A stretch of 64,000 nucleotides of DNA from Heterodontus francisci (taxonomy: Eukaryota). Below are positions 1 through 12,834 of the stretch, piece after piece. The position numbers and the translations under genes are program-made. The stretch spans positions 60,478,712 to 60,542,711 of the forward strand of contig NC_090380.1 of assembly GCF_036365525.1 (NCBI RefSeq), written 5' to 3'. The notes below the pieces were generated by a model that saw only the letters and a program-made list of their open reading frames with translations, did no database searches and was not told the DNA's origin. Each line of letters begins with the position of its first letter. Position 1 is the stretch's first letter.

Positions 1-1560
1 CCTGATGGCCTACATCCTAGGGTCTGAAAGGAAGTGGCAGTGGCGATAGTGGATTCATTGGTTATAATATTCCAAAATTCTCTGGATACGGGAAAGGGTC
101 CAGTGGATTGGGAAAAAGCTAATGTAACACTCTTATCAAAAAGGGAGGGAGGCAGAAAGTAGGAAACTATAGACCAGTTAGTTTGACATCTGTCATTGGG
201 AAATTGTTAGAATCCATTATTAAGGAAGTAATAACAGGACATTTAGAAAGTCAAAATGCAATCCATCAGAGTCAGCATGGTTTTATGAAGGGTAAATCGT
301 GTTTGACTAATTTGCGAGAGTTCCTCAAAGCTGTAACAAGCAAAGTGGATAACGGGGATCCTGTAGATGTAGTTTAGCTGAACTTCCAGAAGGCATTTGA
401 TAAGGTACTGCACAAAAGGTTAATACACGAGGTAAGTTCACATGGGGTTAGGGGCATTGGCTTGGATAGACGATTGGCTAGCCAACAGAAAACAGACAGT
501 CGGGATAAATGGGTCTTTTTCTGGTTGGCAAGATGTAACTGGTGGGGTGCCACAGGGCTCAGTCCTCGGGCTCCAGCTATAAACAATCTATATAAATGAC
601 TTGGATGCAGGGATAGAAGGTACTATAGCCAAATTTGCAGATGACACTAAAATAGGTGGGACAGTAAGTTGCAATAAAGAAATAAGAAATCTACAAATGG
701 ATATGGATAGATTAGATAAATGGGCCAAAATTTGGCAGATGGATTTTAATGTGGATAAGTGTGAGGTTATCCATTTTGGTCGGAAGAATAGAAAGGCAAA
801 TTATTATCTAAATGGAGAGAAACTTCTGAGTGCTTCGGTGCAGAGGGATCTGGGTGTCCTTATGCATGAATCACAGAAAACTAGTTTGCAGGTACAGCAG
901 GTGATATGGAATGCAAATGGATTTTGGCATTTATTGCTGAAGGAATAGAGTATAAAAGTAGGGAAGTGTTGCTGCAACTGTACAAGGCGTTGGTGAGACT
1001 GCACCTGGAATATTGCATACAGTTTTGGTCCCCTTACATGAGAAAGGATGTTGGAGGCAGTTCAGAGGAGGTTCACTAGATTGATTCCAGAGATGAGGGG
1101 TTTGTCTTATGAAGAGAGATTGAGCAGTTTAGGCCTTTACTCTCTAGAGTTTAGAAGAATGAGAGGAGATCTAATTGAGGTATATAAGATGATTAAGGGG
1201 ATGGACAAAGTAGACATAGAGAGGATGTTTCCTCTTGTGGGGCAATCTAGAACGAGAGGTCATAGCTTTAGGATAAGCGGTAGCAGATTTAAAACAGAGA
1301 TGAGGAGAAATTACTTCTCTCAAAGGGTCATGAGTCTATGGAATTCTCTACCCCAGAGTGCAGTGGATGCCGGGACATTGGGTAAATTTAAGGAGGAGAT
1401 AGACAGATTTTTAATTAGAAATGGGTTGAAGGGTTATGGAGAACGGGCAGGAAAGTGAAGTTGAGGCCGAGATGAGATCAGCCATGATCATATTGAATGG
1501 CGGAGCAGGCTTGAGGGGCTGAATTGCCTGCTCCTGCTCCTAGTTCTTATGTTCTTATGT
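1..1560 (+). mobile_element. CR1 LINE, 3' portion (degenerate RT domain), runs off the window start
   Basis: Fragments [48 protein letters not shown]; ends in the CR1-type tail (TTCTTATG)n at ~1544-1559. Confidence 0.95.
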
Positions 1561-1677
1561 AAGTAGTGTTTTTTAGGGAGTTCTGTAGTAATGAGGATCA
1601 GGGAAGAAGGGCCTGAAAGTAATTGATATCATTCAATATTAAGATCTTCCAAAAGGTTTAATTTAAAGGGTTAAGTC

Positions 1678-2634
1678 ATGGCAGGAGAGCTCAAAGCCGT
1701 GTTGTGCTCTTTGTGTTCTATGTGGGAAGCCAGGAACAATTCCAGTGCCCAGGACCAGCATGTGTGCAGGAAGTGTCTCCAGCTGCAGCTCCTGGAAGCC
1801 AGGGTTTCGGAGCTGCAGCGGCAGCTGGGGACACTGTGGAGCATCCACGAGGCAGAGAGTATCATGGATAGCATGTATAAAGAGGTAGTCACACCGCAGG
1901 CTCAGACCCCACAGCCAGGAAGGGAATGGGTGACCACCAGGCAGAGCAAGAGGACGAGGCAGGCAGTGCAGGAATCTCCTATGGCTATTCCCCTGCAAAA
2001 CAGATATACTGCTTTGGATACTGTTGTGGGGAATTGCCTCTCAGGGGAAAGCAGCAGCAGCAACAGCCCAACTCATTGCACCATGGTTGACTCTGCTGCA
2101 CAGGGGAGGATTAAAAAGTGTGGGAATGCAATAGTTATAGGGGATTCAATTGTGAGGGGAATAGATAGGTGTTTCTGTGGTCACAAAAGAGACACCAGGA
2201 TGGTATGTTGCCTCCCTGGAGCTAAGGTCAAGGATGTCTTGGAGCAGTTACAGGACATTCAGAAGGGGGAGGGTGAACAGCCAGTGGTTGTGGTACACAT
2301 TGGTTCAAACAACATAGGTCAAAAAAAGGATGCGGTCCTAAAAGCAGAATATAAGGAGCTAGGAAGTAAGTTGAAAAGCAAGAACTCAAAGGTAGTGATC
2401 TCAGGATTACTACCAGTGCCACGTGCTAGTCAGAGTAGAAGTAGCAGGATATATCGGATGAATACGTGGCTGAAGAGATGGTGTGAGGGGGAGGGTTTTA
2501 GATTCCTGGGACACTGGGAACGGATCTGGGGGAGGTGGGACCAATACAAACTGGACAGGTTACACCTGGGCAGGACCGAGACTGATGTCCTAGGGGGAGT
2601 ATTTGCTAGAGTGGTTGGGGAAGGTTTAAACTAA
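1678..2634 (+). CDS. CR1 ORF1p: zinc finger/coiled coil + SGNH esterase domain
   Basis: CxxC..CxxC (CSLC/CRKC), leucine heptads, SGNH blocks GDSIVRG, LPGAKV, HIGSNN, DRLH; 318 aa uninterrupted. Confidence 0.9.
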   Translation: MAGELKAVLCSLCSMWEARNNSSAQDQHVCRKCLQLQLLEARVSELQRQLGTLWSIHEAESIMDSMYKEVVTPQAQTPQPGREWVTTRQSKRTRQAVQESPMAIPLQNRYTALDTVVGNCLSGESSSSNSPTHCTMVDSAAQGRIKKCGNAIVIGDSIVRGIDRCFCGHKRDTRMVCCLPGAKVKDVLEQLQDIQKGEGEQPVVVVHIGSNNIGQKKDAVLKAEYKELGSKLKSKNSKVVISGLLPVPRASQSRSSRIYRMNTWLKRWCEGEGFRFLGHWERIWGRWDQYKLDRLHLGRTETDVLGGVFARVVGEGLN

Positions 2635-2635
2635 A

Positions 2636-5552
2636 ATGGCAGGGGGATGAGAACCTTTGCCAGGAGTCAGAGGAGGGGGCATCAAAGACAAGAACAAAAG
2701 ACAGTAAGGGAAATAAGAAAAGTGATAGACAGAGAAATCAAGGGCCAAAATCAAATAAGACCACAGTGAAAAATAGTGGGAAGGGGCCAAGTAATGTCAA
2801 AAAGACAAGCCTTAAGGCTTTGTCCCTGAACACGCAGAGCATTTGCAATAAAGTGGATGAATTAATTGCGCAAATAGATGTAAATGGGTATGATATAGTC
2901 GGGATTACGGAGACATGACTGCAAGGTGACTAGGGATGGGACATGAACGTCCAAGGGTATTCAGTATTAGGAAGGACAGACAAAAAGCAAAAAGCGGTGG
3001 AGTTGCATTGCTGTTTAAAGAGGAAATTAACCCAATAGTGAGGAAAGATATTAGCTCTGACGAGGTGGAATCTGTATGGGTAGAGCTGAGAAACACAAAG
3101 GGACAAAAAACATTAGTGGGGGTTGTATATAGATCCCCAAACTGTAGTGGTGATATTGGGAATGGCATTAAACAGGAAATTAGAGATGCATGCGATAAAG
3201 GAACATCTGTAATTATGGGTGTCTTTAATCTGCATATGGATGGGGCAAATCAAATTAGTCACAACACCGTAGAGGAGGAATCCCTGGAGTGTATACAGAA
3301 TGGTTTTCTGGACCAATAGGTTGAGGAACCAACTCGAGAACAGGCCATCCTCGACTGCGTATTGTGTAATGAGAGAGGAATGATTGACAATCTAGTGGTG
3401 CGCGATCCCTTGGGGATGAGTGACCATAATATGATAGAATTCTTCATGAAGATGGAGAGTGACAGAGTTGATTTGTTGATCCTGAGACTAGGGTCCTGAA
3501 TCTTAGGAAAGGAAATATGAAGGTATGAGGTGCAAGTTGGCTATGATGGATTGGGAAAGGTTACTTAAAGGGACGACGGTGGAAAAGCAATGCCAAACAT
3601 TCAAAGAGCGCATGGATGAACTGCAACAATTGTTTATTCCTGCCTGGCGCAAAAGTAAAACGGGAAAGGTAACCAAACCATGGCTTACAAGGGAAATTAG
3701 AGATAGCATCAGATCCAAGGAAGGGGCATACAAATTTGCCAGGAAAAACAACAGACCTGAGGATTGGGAGCAGTTTAGAATTCAGCAAAGGAGGACCAAG
3801 GGATTGATTAAGAAGGGGAAAATAGAGAACGAGAGCAAGATTGCAGGGAACATAAAAACTAACTGTAAAAGTTTATATAGTATGTGAAGAGAAAAAGATT
3901 ACTGAAGACAAATATAGGTCCCTTACAGTCAGAAACAGGGGAATTTATTTTGGGGAACAAAGAAATGGCTGACCAACTAAATTCATACTTTGGTTCTGTC
4001 TTCAAAAAGGAGGACACAAATATCATATCAGAAACGTTGGGGAACACAGGGCTTAGTGAGAGAGAAGAACTGAAGGAAATCAGTATTAGTAGAGAAATGG
4101 TGTTGGGGAAATTGATGGGATTGAAGGCCAATAAATCCCCAGAGCCTGATGGTCTGTATCCCAGAGTACTTAAGGAAGTGGCCCTAGAAATAGTGGATGC
4201 ATTGGTGCTCACCTTCCAAGATTCTACAGACTCTAGAACAGTTCCTACAGATTGAAGGGTAGCTAATGTAACCCCACTATTTAAAAAGGGAGGTAGAGAG
4301 AAAGCAGGGAATTATAAACCAGTCAGCCTATCGTCAGTAGTGGGGAAAGTTCTAGAGTCTATTATTAAAGATTTTACAGCAGAGCACTTGGAGAACAGTG
4401 GCAGAATCTGACAGAGACAGCATGGATTTATGAAAGGGAAATCATGCTTGACAAATCTACTAGAATTCTTCGATGATGTAACTGATAGAGTTGATGAGGG
4501 GGAGCCAGTGGATGTGGTTTATTTGGGCTTTCAGAAGGCTTTCGACAAAGTCCCACATAAGAGATAAGCATGCAAAATTAAAGCGCATGGGATTGGTGGC
4601 AGTGTATTGTGATGGATAGAAAATTGGTTGGCGGACAGGAAACAAAGAGTACGGATAAATGGGTCTTTCTCCCAGTGACTAGTGGGGTACCACAGGAATC
4701 GGTCCCAGGACCCCAGCTATTCACAATATATATTAATGATTTAGATGAGGGACCTAAATGTAATATCTCCAAATTTGCAGATGACACAAAACTGGGTGGG
4801 AGGATGGGCTGTAAGGAGGTTGCAGAGAGGCTTCAGGGTGATTTGGACAAGTTGATTAAGTGGGCAAATGCATGGCGATGCAGTATAATGTGGATAAATG
4901 TGAAGTTATCCACTTTGGTAGCAAAAACAGGAAGGCAGATTATTATCTGAATGGCTATAAGCTGAGAGAGGGGAATATGCAACGAGTTCTTGTACCCCAG
5001 TGGCTGAAGGTAAGCATGCAGGTCCAAAAGGCAGTAAAAAAGGCAAATAGTATGTTGGTCTTCATAGGGAGAGGATTCGAGTACAGCAGCAGGGATCTCT
5101 TGCTTTGGTCTCCTTTTCTGAGGAAGGATGTTCTTGCTATCGAGGGAGTGCAGCGAAGGTTTACCAGACTGATTCCTGGGATGGCGGGACTGACGTATGA
5201 GGACAGATTGTTTCGGTTAGGGTTATATTCGCTGGAGTTCAGAAGAGTGAGGGGGGATTTCATAGAAACCTATAAAGTTTTAACAGGACTTGGCAGGGTA
5301 GGTGCAGGAAGGATGTTCCCAATGGTGGGGGAATCCAGATCCAGGGGTCATAGTCTAAGGATATGGGATAAACCATTCAGGACAGAGATGAGGAGAACTT
5401 TCTTCACCCAGAGAGTGGTGAACCTGTGGAATTCGCGACCACAGAAAACAGTTGAGGCCAAAACATTGTATGTTTTCAAGAAGGAGTTAGATATAGCTCT
5501 TGGGTTTAAAGGGATCAAAGGATATGGGGCGAAAGCGGGACCCGGTTACTGA
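2636..5552 (+). pseudogene. CR1 ORF2 (APE + RT), multiple stops and frameshifts
   Basis: GGVALL, VESVWVEL, GVVYRSPN, KPWLTREI, GVPQES, KFADDTKLGG spread across frames. Confidence 0.9.
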
Positions 5553-5652
5553 GTTGGATGATCAGCCATGATCATAATGAATGGTGGAGCAGGCTCGTAG
5601 GGGCGAATGGCTTACTCCTGCTCCTATTTTCTATGTTTCTATGTTTCTATGA

Positions 5653-7008
5653 TTAAGCTGAGACTCAGTGAGCTGACCCAATACTGAGAGAGTTAGCACA
5701 GGCTGCTCAGACTGAAATTGAAGCAGGGGGAGTCCCTGATAGCTATTATTTAAAGAATGGGGTACTGCTGAGGAAATGGAGTTCTCCTCACAGACCTGAG
5801 AGCAAAGAGCGGACAGTAGTTCACTGGTTAGTGGTGCCGCAGAGGTACCAGAAAGAAATATTAAGAATGGCCCATGAGATTACAGTGGCTGTATATGTCG
5901 GTATACGAAAGAACAAAGCCCGCATAAGACAGCAGTTTGACTGGCCAAAACTCCACTAAGATGTGGTGGAGTACTGAGGAGTTGCCACATGTGCCAGGTT
6001 GAGGGGAAACCCCAGCCCACAGTGAAATCTGCACCCCTAAGTCCTGTACTGGCGTTTGGAGGACCCTCCTGCAGAGGGCTGGTGAATTGTAAGTGACCAC
6101 TGCTGAGAATACAAGGGGACAGGCAGGCACAGGGCTGGCAAGTCGTTAGAGAGGAAAGGGGAAACAGGGAAAAAGAGGGCAGGTTAAAGGAGATCCAAGA
6201 GGATTCCCAAATGGAAAGCCCATTCTCTGGTTAGCCAACCCCGAAATGTTGGAAAAATTAGACCCCACATCCTCTTATGTAAATGCTGACACTAGAAGCA
6301 CCCCACCAGAGTGGCTCACAGCATTTACAAAAATCTGCAGGGAAAAAGAGAGTCATCAAGAGGGCAGAGAAACTGTGAGGGTGATGCCTTACCTAGTTGA
6401 AGTGCTGCAGTGGAGTGCAGTAGAATCTGGACAAATACCTGTAAGCAGGAATGTCCCAGAGGACAAAGGGAAGATTAGTAAAGAAGCCTCCCCCACAGTC
6501 AGGGGAAATTGGAAACAATCATACCCGAAAGTGAAAAACACTTGCATGATTCATCAGAGCACTGAAAGAGAGATCAGAGTGGATTTAGCCACTGCTGACT
6601 CCCATGATCAGAACTCCAAACCAGGGCTAATTAAATCTAACCCTCGCCCTGCAGACCTCAACAAGAACAAAGGCATCCTAAACAGTCACGGAAATGTGCA
6701 AACTCCAAACCACCCCAAAAATCACCTGTTTATTGGGATGCCCATTCCCAACATATTGCAGGCTGATTGTGAAGAAACTTTAAACCGCTTTGGGCAACAA
6801 ATAACTATATCAGACCCATGAAGGGAAAAGGGCAGTTTAAAGCAGCACTGATACAATGGAAAGACAGACTGTAACAATTTTTCAGATTTCTGAATTAATG
6901 AGAATGAATGAGAGGAATGCATGTGTGTTTTCCTGTACTTTCTCTTCTTTCTATTTTTATAATTATATGCTCCCCTAATGTTGCATTTCATTCAGCTGAA
7001 TGTGGAGC
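5653..7008 (+). mobile_element. Gypsy-type LTR retrotransposon internal remnant
   Basis: 5829-6000 translates as LVVPQRYQKEILRMAHE..VGIRKNKARIRQQFDWPKLH*DVVEY(fs)CHMCQ, an integrase H2C2 Zn-binding motif; directly followed by an LTR. Confidence 0.7.
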
Positions 7009-7999
7009 TTTGATGGAAACCACACCTGCCAAAATGAAACATATTAATTTTGTAATATGGAACATTATTTTTGAACTGTTACTGGACATTGAACAAACTT
7101 GTTTAAAAAGACCACAGAACAGTGGCTGAAAACATAGTTGCACATTTGCATTCTTAGAGACAATTGCATGGAGAGACAATGGGAGTAATCCCTGATCCAA
7201 TTAATCAGATAGGTTTTGTCAATAGTGATGATCAAAAGACATTGAGAGTTATTGACTGTGTAAGAGCCAGAATTCCATGCTGCTCCCCCATCACCCCACC
7301 CACTGAGAGTGTCTGGGATGCTTGGAGGAATCCACAAACCTCACAGGAGAGCCTGTTTCAAACAGGAAGCTAGTCACATGACTAACCTGCTGGCCAACCT
7401 GGAGTTAATTGAATGGTGCTCACACAACAATTTTTGGAAAAGACTGTAATTGAACTTCAAGAAGAGAGCACTCCCTCTCTCTGTCTCTCTCCCTCTCACG
7501 CAAAGTTCCAGAGACCCACGGAAGTAACTTAAGCCTCAAGATAGAATACCAGCAAAACAAGTTTGAAAGTGTGCACTGGGCCCCAATGCGAACTGCAAGA
7601 CTTGACTTCAATCAAAGACTTTACATCCGACCCAAAATCAGTAACTGAACTCCAGCTACTGCTTCAAACCTTTCCTCTTTAATTCTTTCTCCTCCTCTAT
7701 CTGTATTTGTGTTTGTGTTTATCATGTAGGCATGCTAATGTGGTTGCGTCGCATATTCTTAGTGGTTTTACCTGAGTTAGAGTTTTAAGGTTAATAAACT
7801 TATGCCCTTCTTGTGTAAATCTGAGAAAGCCTGTCTGGTTGATTGCTTTGCAATTACAATTAGAGAGCAGTGAGCAAGAACCCACTGAGGGGAAGCTAAA
7901 AACACTGTGTTTCAAAAGTTAAACCCTTCAAAAGTTACAGCCAAACCAGGAAAAGGCTGAGAGAGGACCCCTAGACCCCTTCCTCACCTGGTCGTAACA
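7009..7999 (+). mobile_element. 3' LTR of the Gypsy-type element
   Basis: Starts CCACACCTGCCAA..ATATTAATTTTGT and ends CTCACCTGGTCGTAACA, like the TSD-bounded solo LTR at 37956-38866; internal AATAAA at ~7793. Confidence 0.8.
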
Positions 8000-8168
8000 T
8001 AGGTCTCTTTTATTTCATTGAGTTACCCATGGTCCATTAGAGGCACAACTCATGGGTTTGAATCACGCCTTTGCTGGCCATCCTCATTTGCATTTATCAC
8101 AATAAGCTTCAGGCAGCATCGGGAAGGCACAAGACTTGGAAAAAGCAGTGCAGTCATTACAGAGAAGA

Positions 8169-8381
8169 ACTCAGCGGGTCTGGCAGCATCTGTGAAAAGA
8201 CAAGCAGAGTTAACGTTTCGGGGCAGTGACCCTTCTTCGGAACTGCCAGTTCCGAAGAAGGGTCACTGACCCGAAACGTTAACTCTGCTTCTCTTTTCAC
8301 AGATGCTGCCAGACCTGCTGAGTGGTTCCAGCATTTCTTGTTTTTATTTCAGATTTCCAGTATCCGCAGTATTTTGCTTTT
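8169..8381. mobile_element. Penelope-like element: inverted pLTR pair forming a 155-bp hairpin with two hammerhead-like motifs
   Basis: Arms 8169-8245 and 8247-8323 are reverse complements (3 mismatches); TSD ATTACAGAGAAGA at 8156-8168 and 8382-8394; same family as the GIY-YIG-linked copy at 59067-59736. Confidence 0.85.
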
Positions 8382-8909
8382 ATTACAGAGAAGAAACCTG
8401 GTGTAAATGGGATGAATGATGTGCTGTAAATGGTGTATATATTGTGCCATTGATTTATCCCTTTTTTGACTTTGATTTGTCCCTCTTCCTAGAAGCACAC
8501 TTTGTTCCCAACTCAAAATGCAGACAGATCACTTGTCACCAGATCTTTCTTGAGCTAACTGTTTTGTGAAACAGGTAGCTCATCCTGCATGTTTTTCTTC
8601 TATATCACAATGGATTGGAATATTATTAGACTGTGTCATTGTGTTACTGAATCTCTCATAAATATAAATTTGAAAACTGTTAGCAGATTTCCCACATTTG
8701 CAGATACAAGGAAATAGTTGTTAGTGCGGCAACAATGACCTCCACACGATTCAGGTCCATGTTTTTAACAACAAATCTTATGATTGTAAGAAATGACTGT
8801 TTAATAACCTTATAAAATCTTAAGAAAATTAATTGAATATGACTGAAATAGCTCTCTCTCTCTCTCCCTCATGTTCAGAAAGATTCTATAGCAGTCTGCC
8901 AAGGACATG

Positions 8910-9920
8910 ACATAGAAACATAGAAAAATAGGAGCAGGAGTAGGCCATTCGGCCCTTCGAGCCTGCACCGCCATTCAATACGATCATGGCTGATTATCCA
9001 AACTCAGTACCCTGTTCCCGCTTTCTCCCCGTATCACTTGATCCCTTTAGCCCTAAGAACTATATCTAATTCTTTCTTGAATATATTTAATGATTGGCCT
9101 CAACTGCTTTCCGTGCTAGATAATTCCACAGGTTCACCACTCTCTGGGAGAAGAAATCCCTCCTCATCTCAGTCCTAAATGGCATACCCTTTATCCTTAG
9201 ATTGTGACCCCTGGTCTTGGACTCCTCCGCCATTGGGAACATTCTTCCTGCATCTAGTCTGTCCAGTCCTGTTAGAATTTTGTTGGTTTCTATGCGATCC
9301 CTCTCATTCTTCTAAACTCCAGCAAATACAAGCCTGATCGACCCAATCTCTCTTCATACATCAGTCCTGCCATCCCAGGAATCAGTCTGGTGAACCTTCC
9401 TGCACTCCCTCCATGGCAAGAACATCCTTCCTCAGATAAGGAGACCAAAACTGCACACAATACACCAGATGTGGTCTCACCAAGGCCTTGCATAACTGCA
9501 GTAAGACATCCTGGCTCCTGTACTCGAATCCTTGCGCTATGAATGCCAGCGTACTGTTTGCCTTCTTAACTGCCTGCTGCACCTGCATGCTTACTTTCAG
9601 CGACTGGTGCACAAGGACACCCAGGTCTCGCTGCACCTTCCCTTTCCCAATCTATCGCGGTTCAGATAATAATCTGCCTTTCTGTTTTTGTCTCCAAAGT
9701 GGATAACCTCACATTTATCCACATTATACTGTATCTGCCATGTATTTGCCCACTCACTCAACCTGCCCACACTGGAGCTTCTCTGCATCCTCCTCACAGC
9801 TCACACTCCCACCCAGCTTTGTGTTGTCTGCAAATTTGGATATATTACATTTAATTCCCTCATCTATAATATATATTGTGAATGGCTGGGGTCTGAGCAC
9901 TGATCTTTGTGGTACCCCAA
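8910..9920 (-). mobile_element. CR1 LINE 3' fragment
   Basis: Minus-strand [28 protein letters not shown]; tail (CATAGAAA)n on + at ~8910. Confidence 0.93.
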
Positions 9921-11149
9921 TAATGTCCATTTCCGATTGCTATCTGGGTCACTTCTGCCGGATGTGCATGCATGGACATTGACTGAAAACAGGATTCAGG
10001 TTGACCGTAAAGTTCTTATGCTTAAATTGCTTGCCGGCAGTCATTATCAAGATTTCCAGATGATTATTTGGATAAGTAACAGAAGATGTCATGGAGCTGT
10101 ACTCCAGTGAGAGGATCTATGCTTACAGAAGAGAAGAGGGCAGCACAATTACCAAGAAAATAAAAAAACAAATAAAACTGATCTGAGAACATGACAACTG
10201 AAAACTGCACTGACTGAATATGCCACTATAGAGTGCCTTCAGCTGTAGAGCATTGCAGGCACAAAATTTGATAACCCACTAAAATGGGCATGGGGATGAC
10301 AATGTGCAATTAACCCTCACTTGTTGCCTCTGATGCAGGCAGCACACAAACATTGTGCCGCTGAGTATTTAAATGAACGTAGCGGGCAACCAGTGCTAAG
10401 CGTGTTGTTGAGTTACTGTACAACTAAGCAGGAGTCCCAAAGTCATGTGTTCAAGCTAGCCTGCACGACTTAAAGCCAGCCAGCTTTAGATGCTGGAAGT
10501 CATTCTAAAAGTGATTTTGGTGTGGGAAAAATGCAGGAATGGCACAATATGACAGAGAGCGAGCTCCAAGATGACTCTAGCACAGGCTCTGAATCAAGGC
10601 ATTCCTAAAGCTAAAAGGATGGTGCCTTGTACCCTCTCTGGACAAGTGGCTGGCAGGTTTACAAATAATACCAAGCATGAGGTATGGTGACTTTGGGGCA
10701 GAGTGGTGGGCATGGAAGGGGTTTACTTTTAGTACCTGTCCCTTTGTGATTGGGCATTTGGAATCAAACAAGTAATTGACATGGGACATCTACCAGCTCC
10801 TAGAAATAAAATATACAAACAAGTGCTCGGGAGGGAAATCTTCAGTCTTCTTCGGACAGAAGGAGAGCTTTCTGAAGCTTGGCTTTGGCCAAGTCTTAGG
10901 CTTTGGCTGAACACTTTGGTTCGCTCAAATACACTGAGGACTCAGAGGACCAAAGAGATCACCAAGACCTCGCCTGTCATCGGTTGGGGAGACTGCAAAC
11001 ACCATTCTGCCCCATTGTATGACCTAGGATCAGTAATCCTTTCAACCTATTAAGGGTCATATGCCTTTTCTGTCTGTTTAGCTTATGCATCACAATATTT
11101 AAACTGCTGCTTTTTAATTTACTACTTTAAAAGCTACCTATGACTTTTA

Positions 11150-11212
11150 CCCCCACCACCCGCCCCCCACAACGCCCCCCCACCCCCCACCCCCCCCCCC
11201 CCCCCCGCCCCC
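11150..11212 (-). repeat. C-rich low-complexity tract (G-quadruplex potential on - strand)
   Basis: More than 6 runs of 3 or more C, including a run of ~17 C. Confidence 0.7.
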
Positions 11213-11611
11213 TTGTTTGGGTATCTGTGATTCCCGAACCAAAATATTGCAATATGTATTGACGAATAGAAGTGTTGGTTACGGTTACGAGAGTACTTTT
11301 ATTTTTTGTAAAATATGTTTTAAGGACTTATAGTTGAATTATGGACATTCATTCATCTGGAAGCTTGAAGAGATGCTGAACTTTGTTTTTTTTTAATGGA
11401 GGTCACCAGAAGGTTTTTGGACTGAGCTTGAAAACAAACAGTTACTGGAAGGCACCTGTCTGCAGTTAATTACCCAGCAGGGGTTGTTTTTGACTTGCGG
11501 GAAAGATGTTTGCAGAGAAGTGACAAGTCAAGATTTATAGAGGTGAGGAGTCTTGTCACTTGTCACATTGTTTATGGCTTCATTTTGGACAGTGCGTTGG
11601 TATATAGAATT

Positions 11612-12834
11612 ATTTTTCTTTATTCGTTCATGGGATGTGGGCGTCAATGGCGAGGCCAGCATTTATTACTCATCCCTAATTGCCCTTGAGAAGATGGTGG
11701 TGAGCTGCCTTCTTAAACCACTGCAGTCCATGTGGGGTAGGTACACCCACAGTGCTGTTAGGAAGGGAGTTCCAGGATTTTGACCCAGAGGCAGTGAAGG
11801 AACAGCGATGTAGTTCCAAGTCAGGATGGTGTGTCACTTGAAGGGGAACTTGCAGGTGGTGATGTTCCCATGCATTTGCTGCCCTTGTCCTTCTAGTTGG
11901 TAGAGATCATGGGTTTGGAAGGTGCTGTCGAAGGAGCCTTGGTGCGTTACTGCAGTGCATCTTGTAGATGGTACACACTTCTGTCACTGTGCGTCGGTGG
12001 TGGAGGGAGTGAATGTTTGTGTATGGGGTGCCAATCAAGTGGGCTGTTTTGTCCTGGATGGTGTCGAGCTTCTTGATTTTTGTTGGAGCTAAACCCATCC
12101 AGGCAAGTGGAGAGTATTCCATCACACTCCTGAATTGTGCCTTGTAGGTGGTGGACAGGCTTTGGAGAGTCAGGAGATGAGTTACTCGCATCAGGATTCC
12201 TAGCCTCTGACCTGTTCTTCTAGCCACGGTATTTATATGGCTACTCCAGTTCAGTTTCTGGTCAATGGTAGCCCCTAGGATGTTGATAGTGGGGGATTCA
12301 GCGATGTTAATGGTATTGAATGTCAAGGGGAGATGGTTAGATTTTCTCTTGTTGGAGATGGTCATTGCCTGGCACTTGTGTGCGGCAATGATACTTGCCA
12401 CTTATCAACCCAAGCCTGGATATTTTCCAGGTCTTGCTGCATTTCTATACGGACTGCTTCAGTATCTGAGGGGTCACGAATGATGCTGAACATTGTGCAA
12501 TCATCAGCGAACATCCCCACTTCTGACCTTATGATTGAAGGAAGGTCATTGATGAAGCAGCTGAAGATGGTTGGGCCTAGGACACTACCCTGAGGAACTC
12601 CTGCAGTGATGTCCTGGAACTCAGATGGTTGACCTCCAACAACCACAACCATCTTCCTTTGCATTAGGTATGACTCCAACCAGCAGAGAGTTTTCCCCCG
12701 ATTCCCATTGACTCCAGTTTTGCTAGGGGTCCTTGATGCCATACTCGGTCAAATGTTCCCTTGATGTCAAGGGCAGTCACTCTCACCTCACCTCTTGAGT
12801 TCAGCTCTTTTGTCCATGTTTGAACCAAGGCTGT
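11612..12834 (-). mobile_element. LINE-B (CR1-group non-LTR element, distinct from canonical CR1), 3' ~1.2 kb
   Basis: [43 protein letters not shown]; 3' end ..CCCACATCCCATGAACGAATAA. Confidence 0.9.

Larger units (their letters stand above)
1561..5652 (+). mobile_element. Near full-length CR1 LINE (ORF1 + disrupted ORF2)
   Basis: ORF1 followed by APE and RT fragments in several frames; 3' tail (TTTCTATG)3 at ~5628-5652. Confidence 0.93.

Noticed and set aside
6246-6821. 191-aa ORF
   Set aside because: Lies within a decayed LTR-element interior, with no recognisable domain or splice structure.
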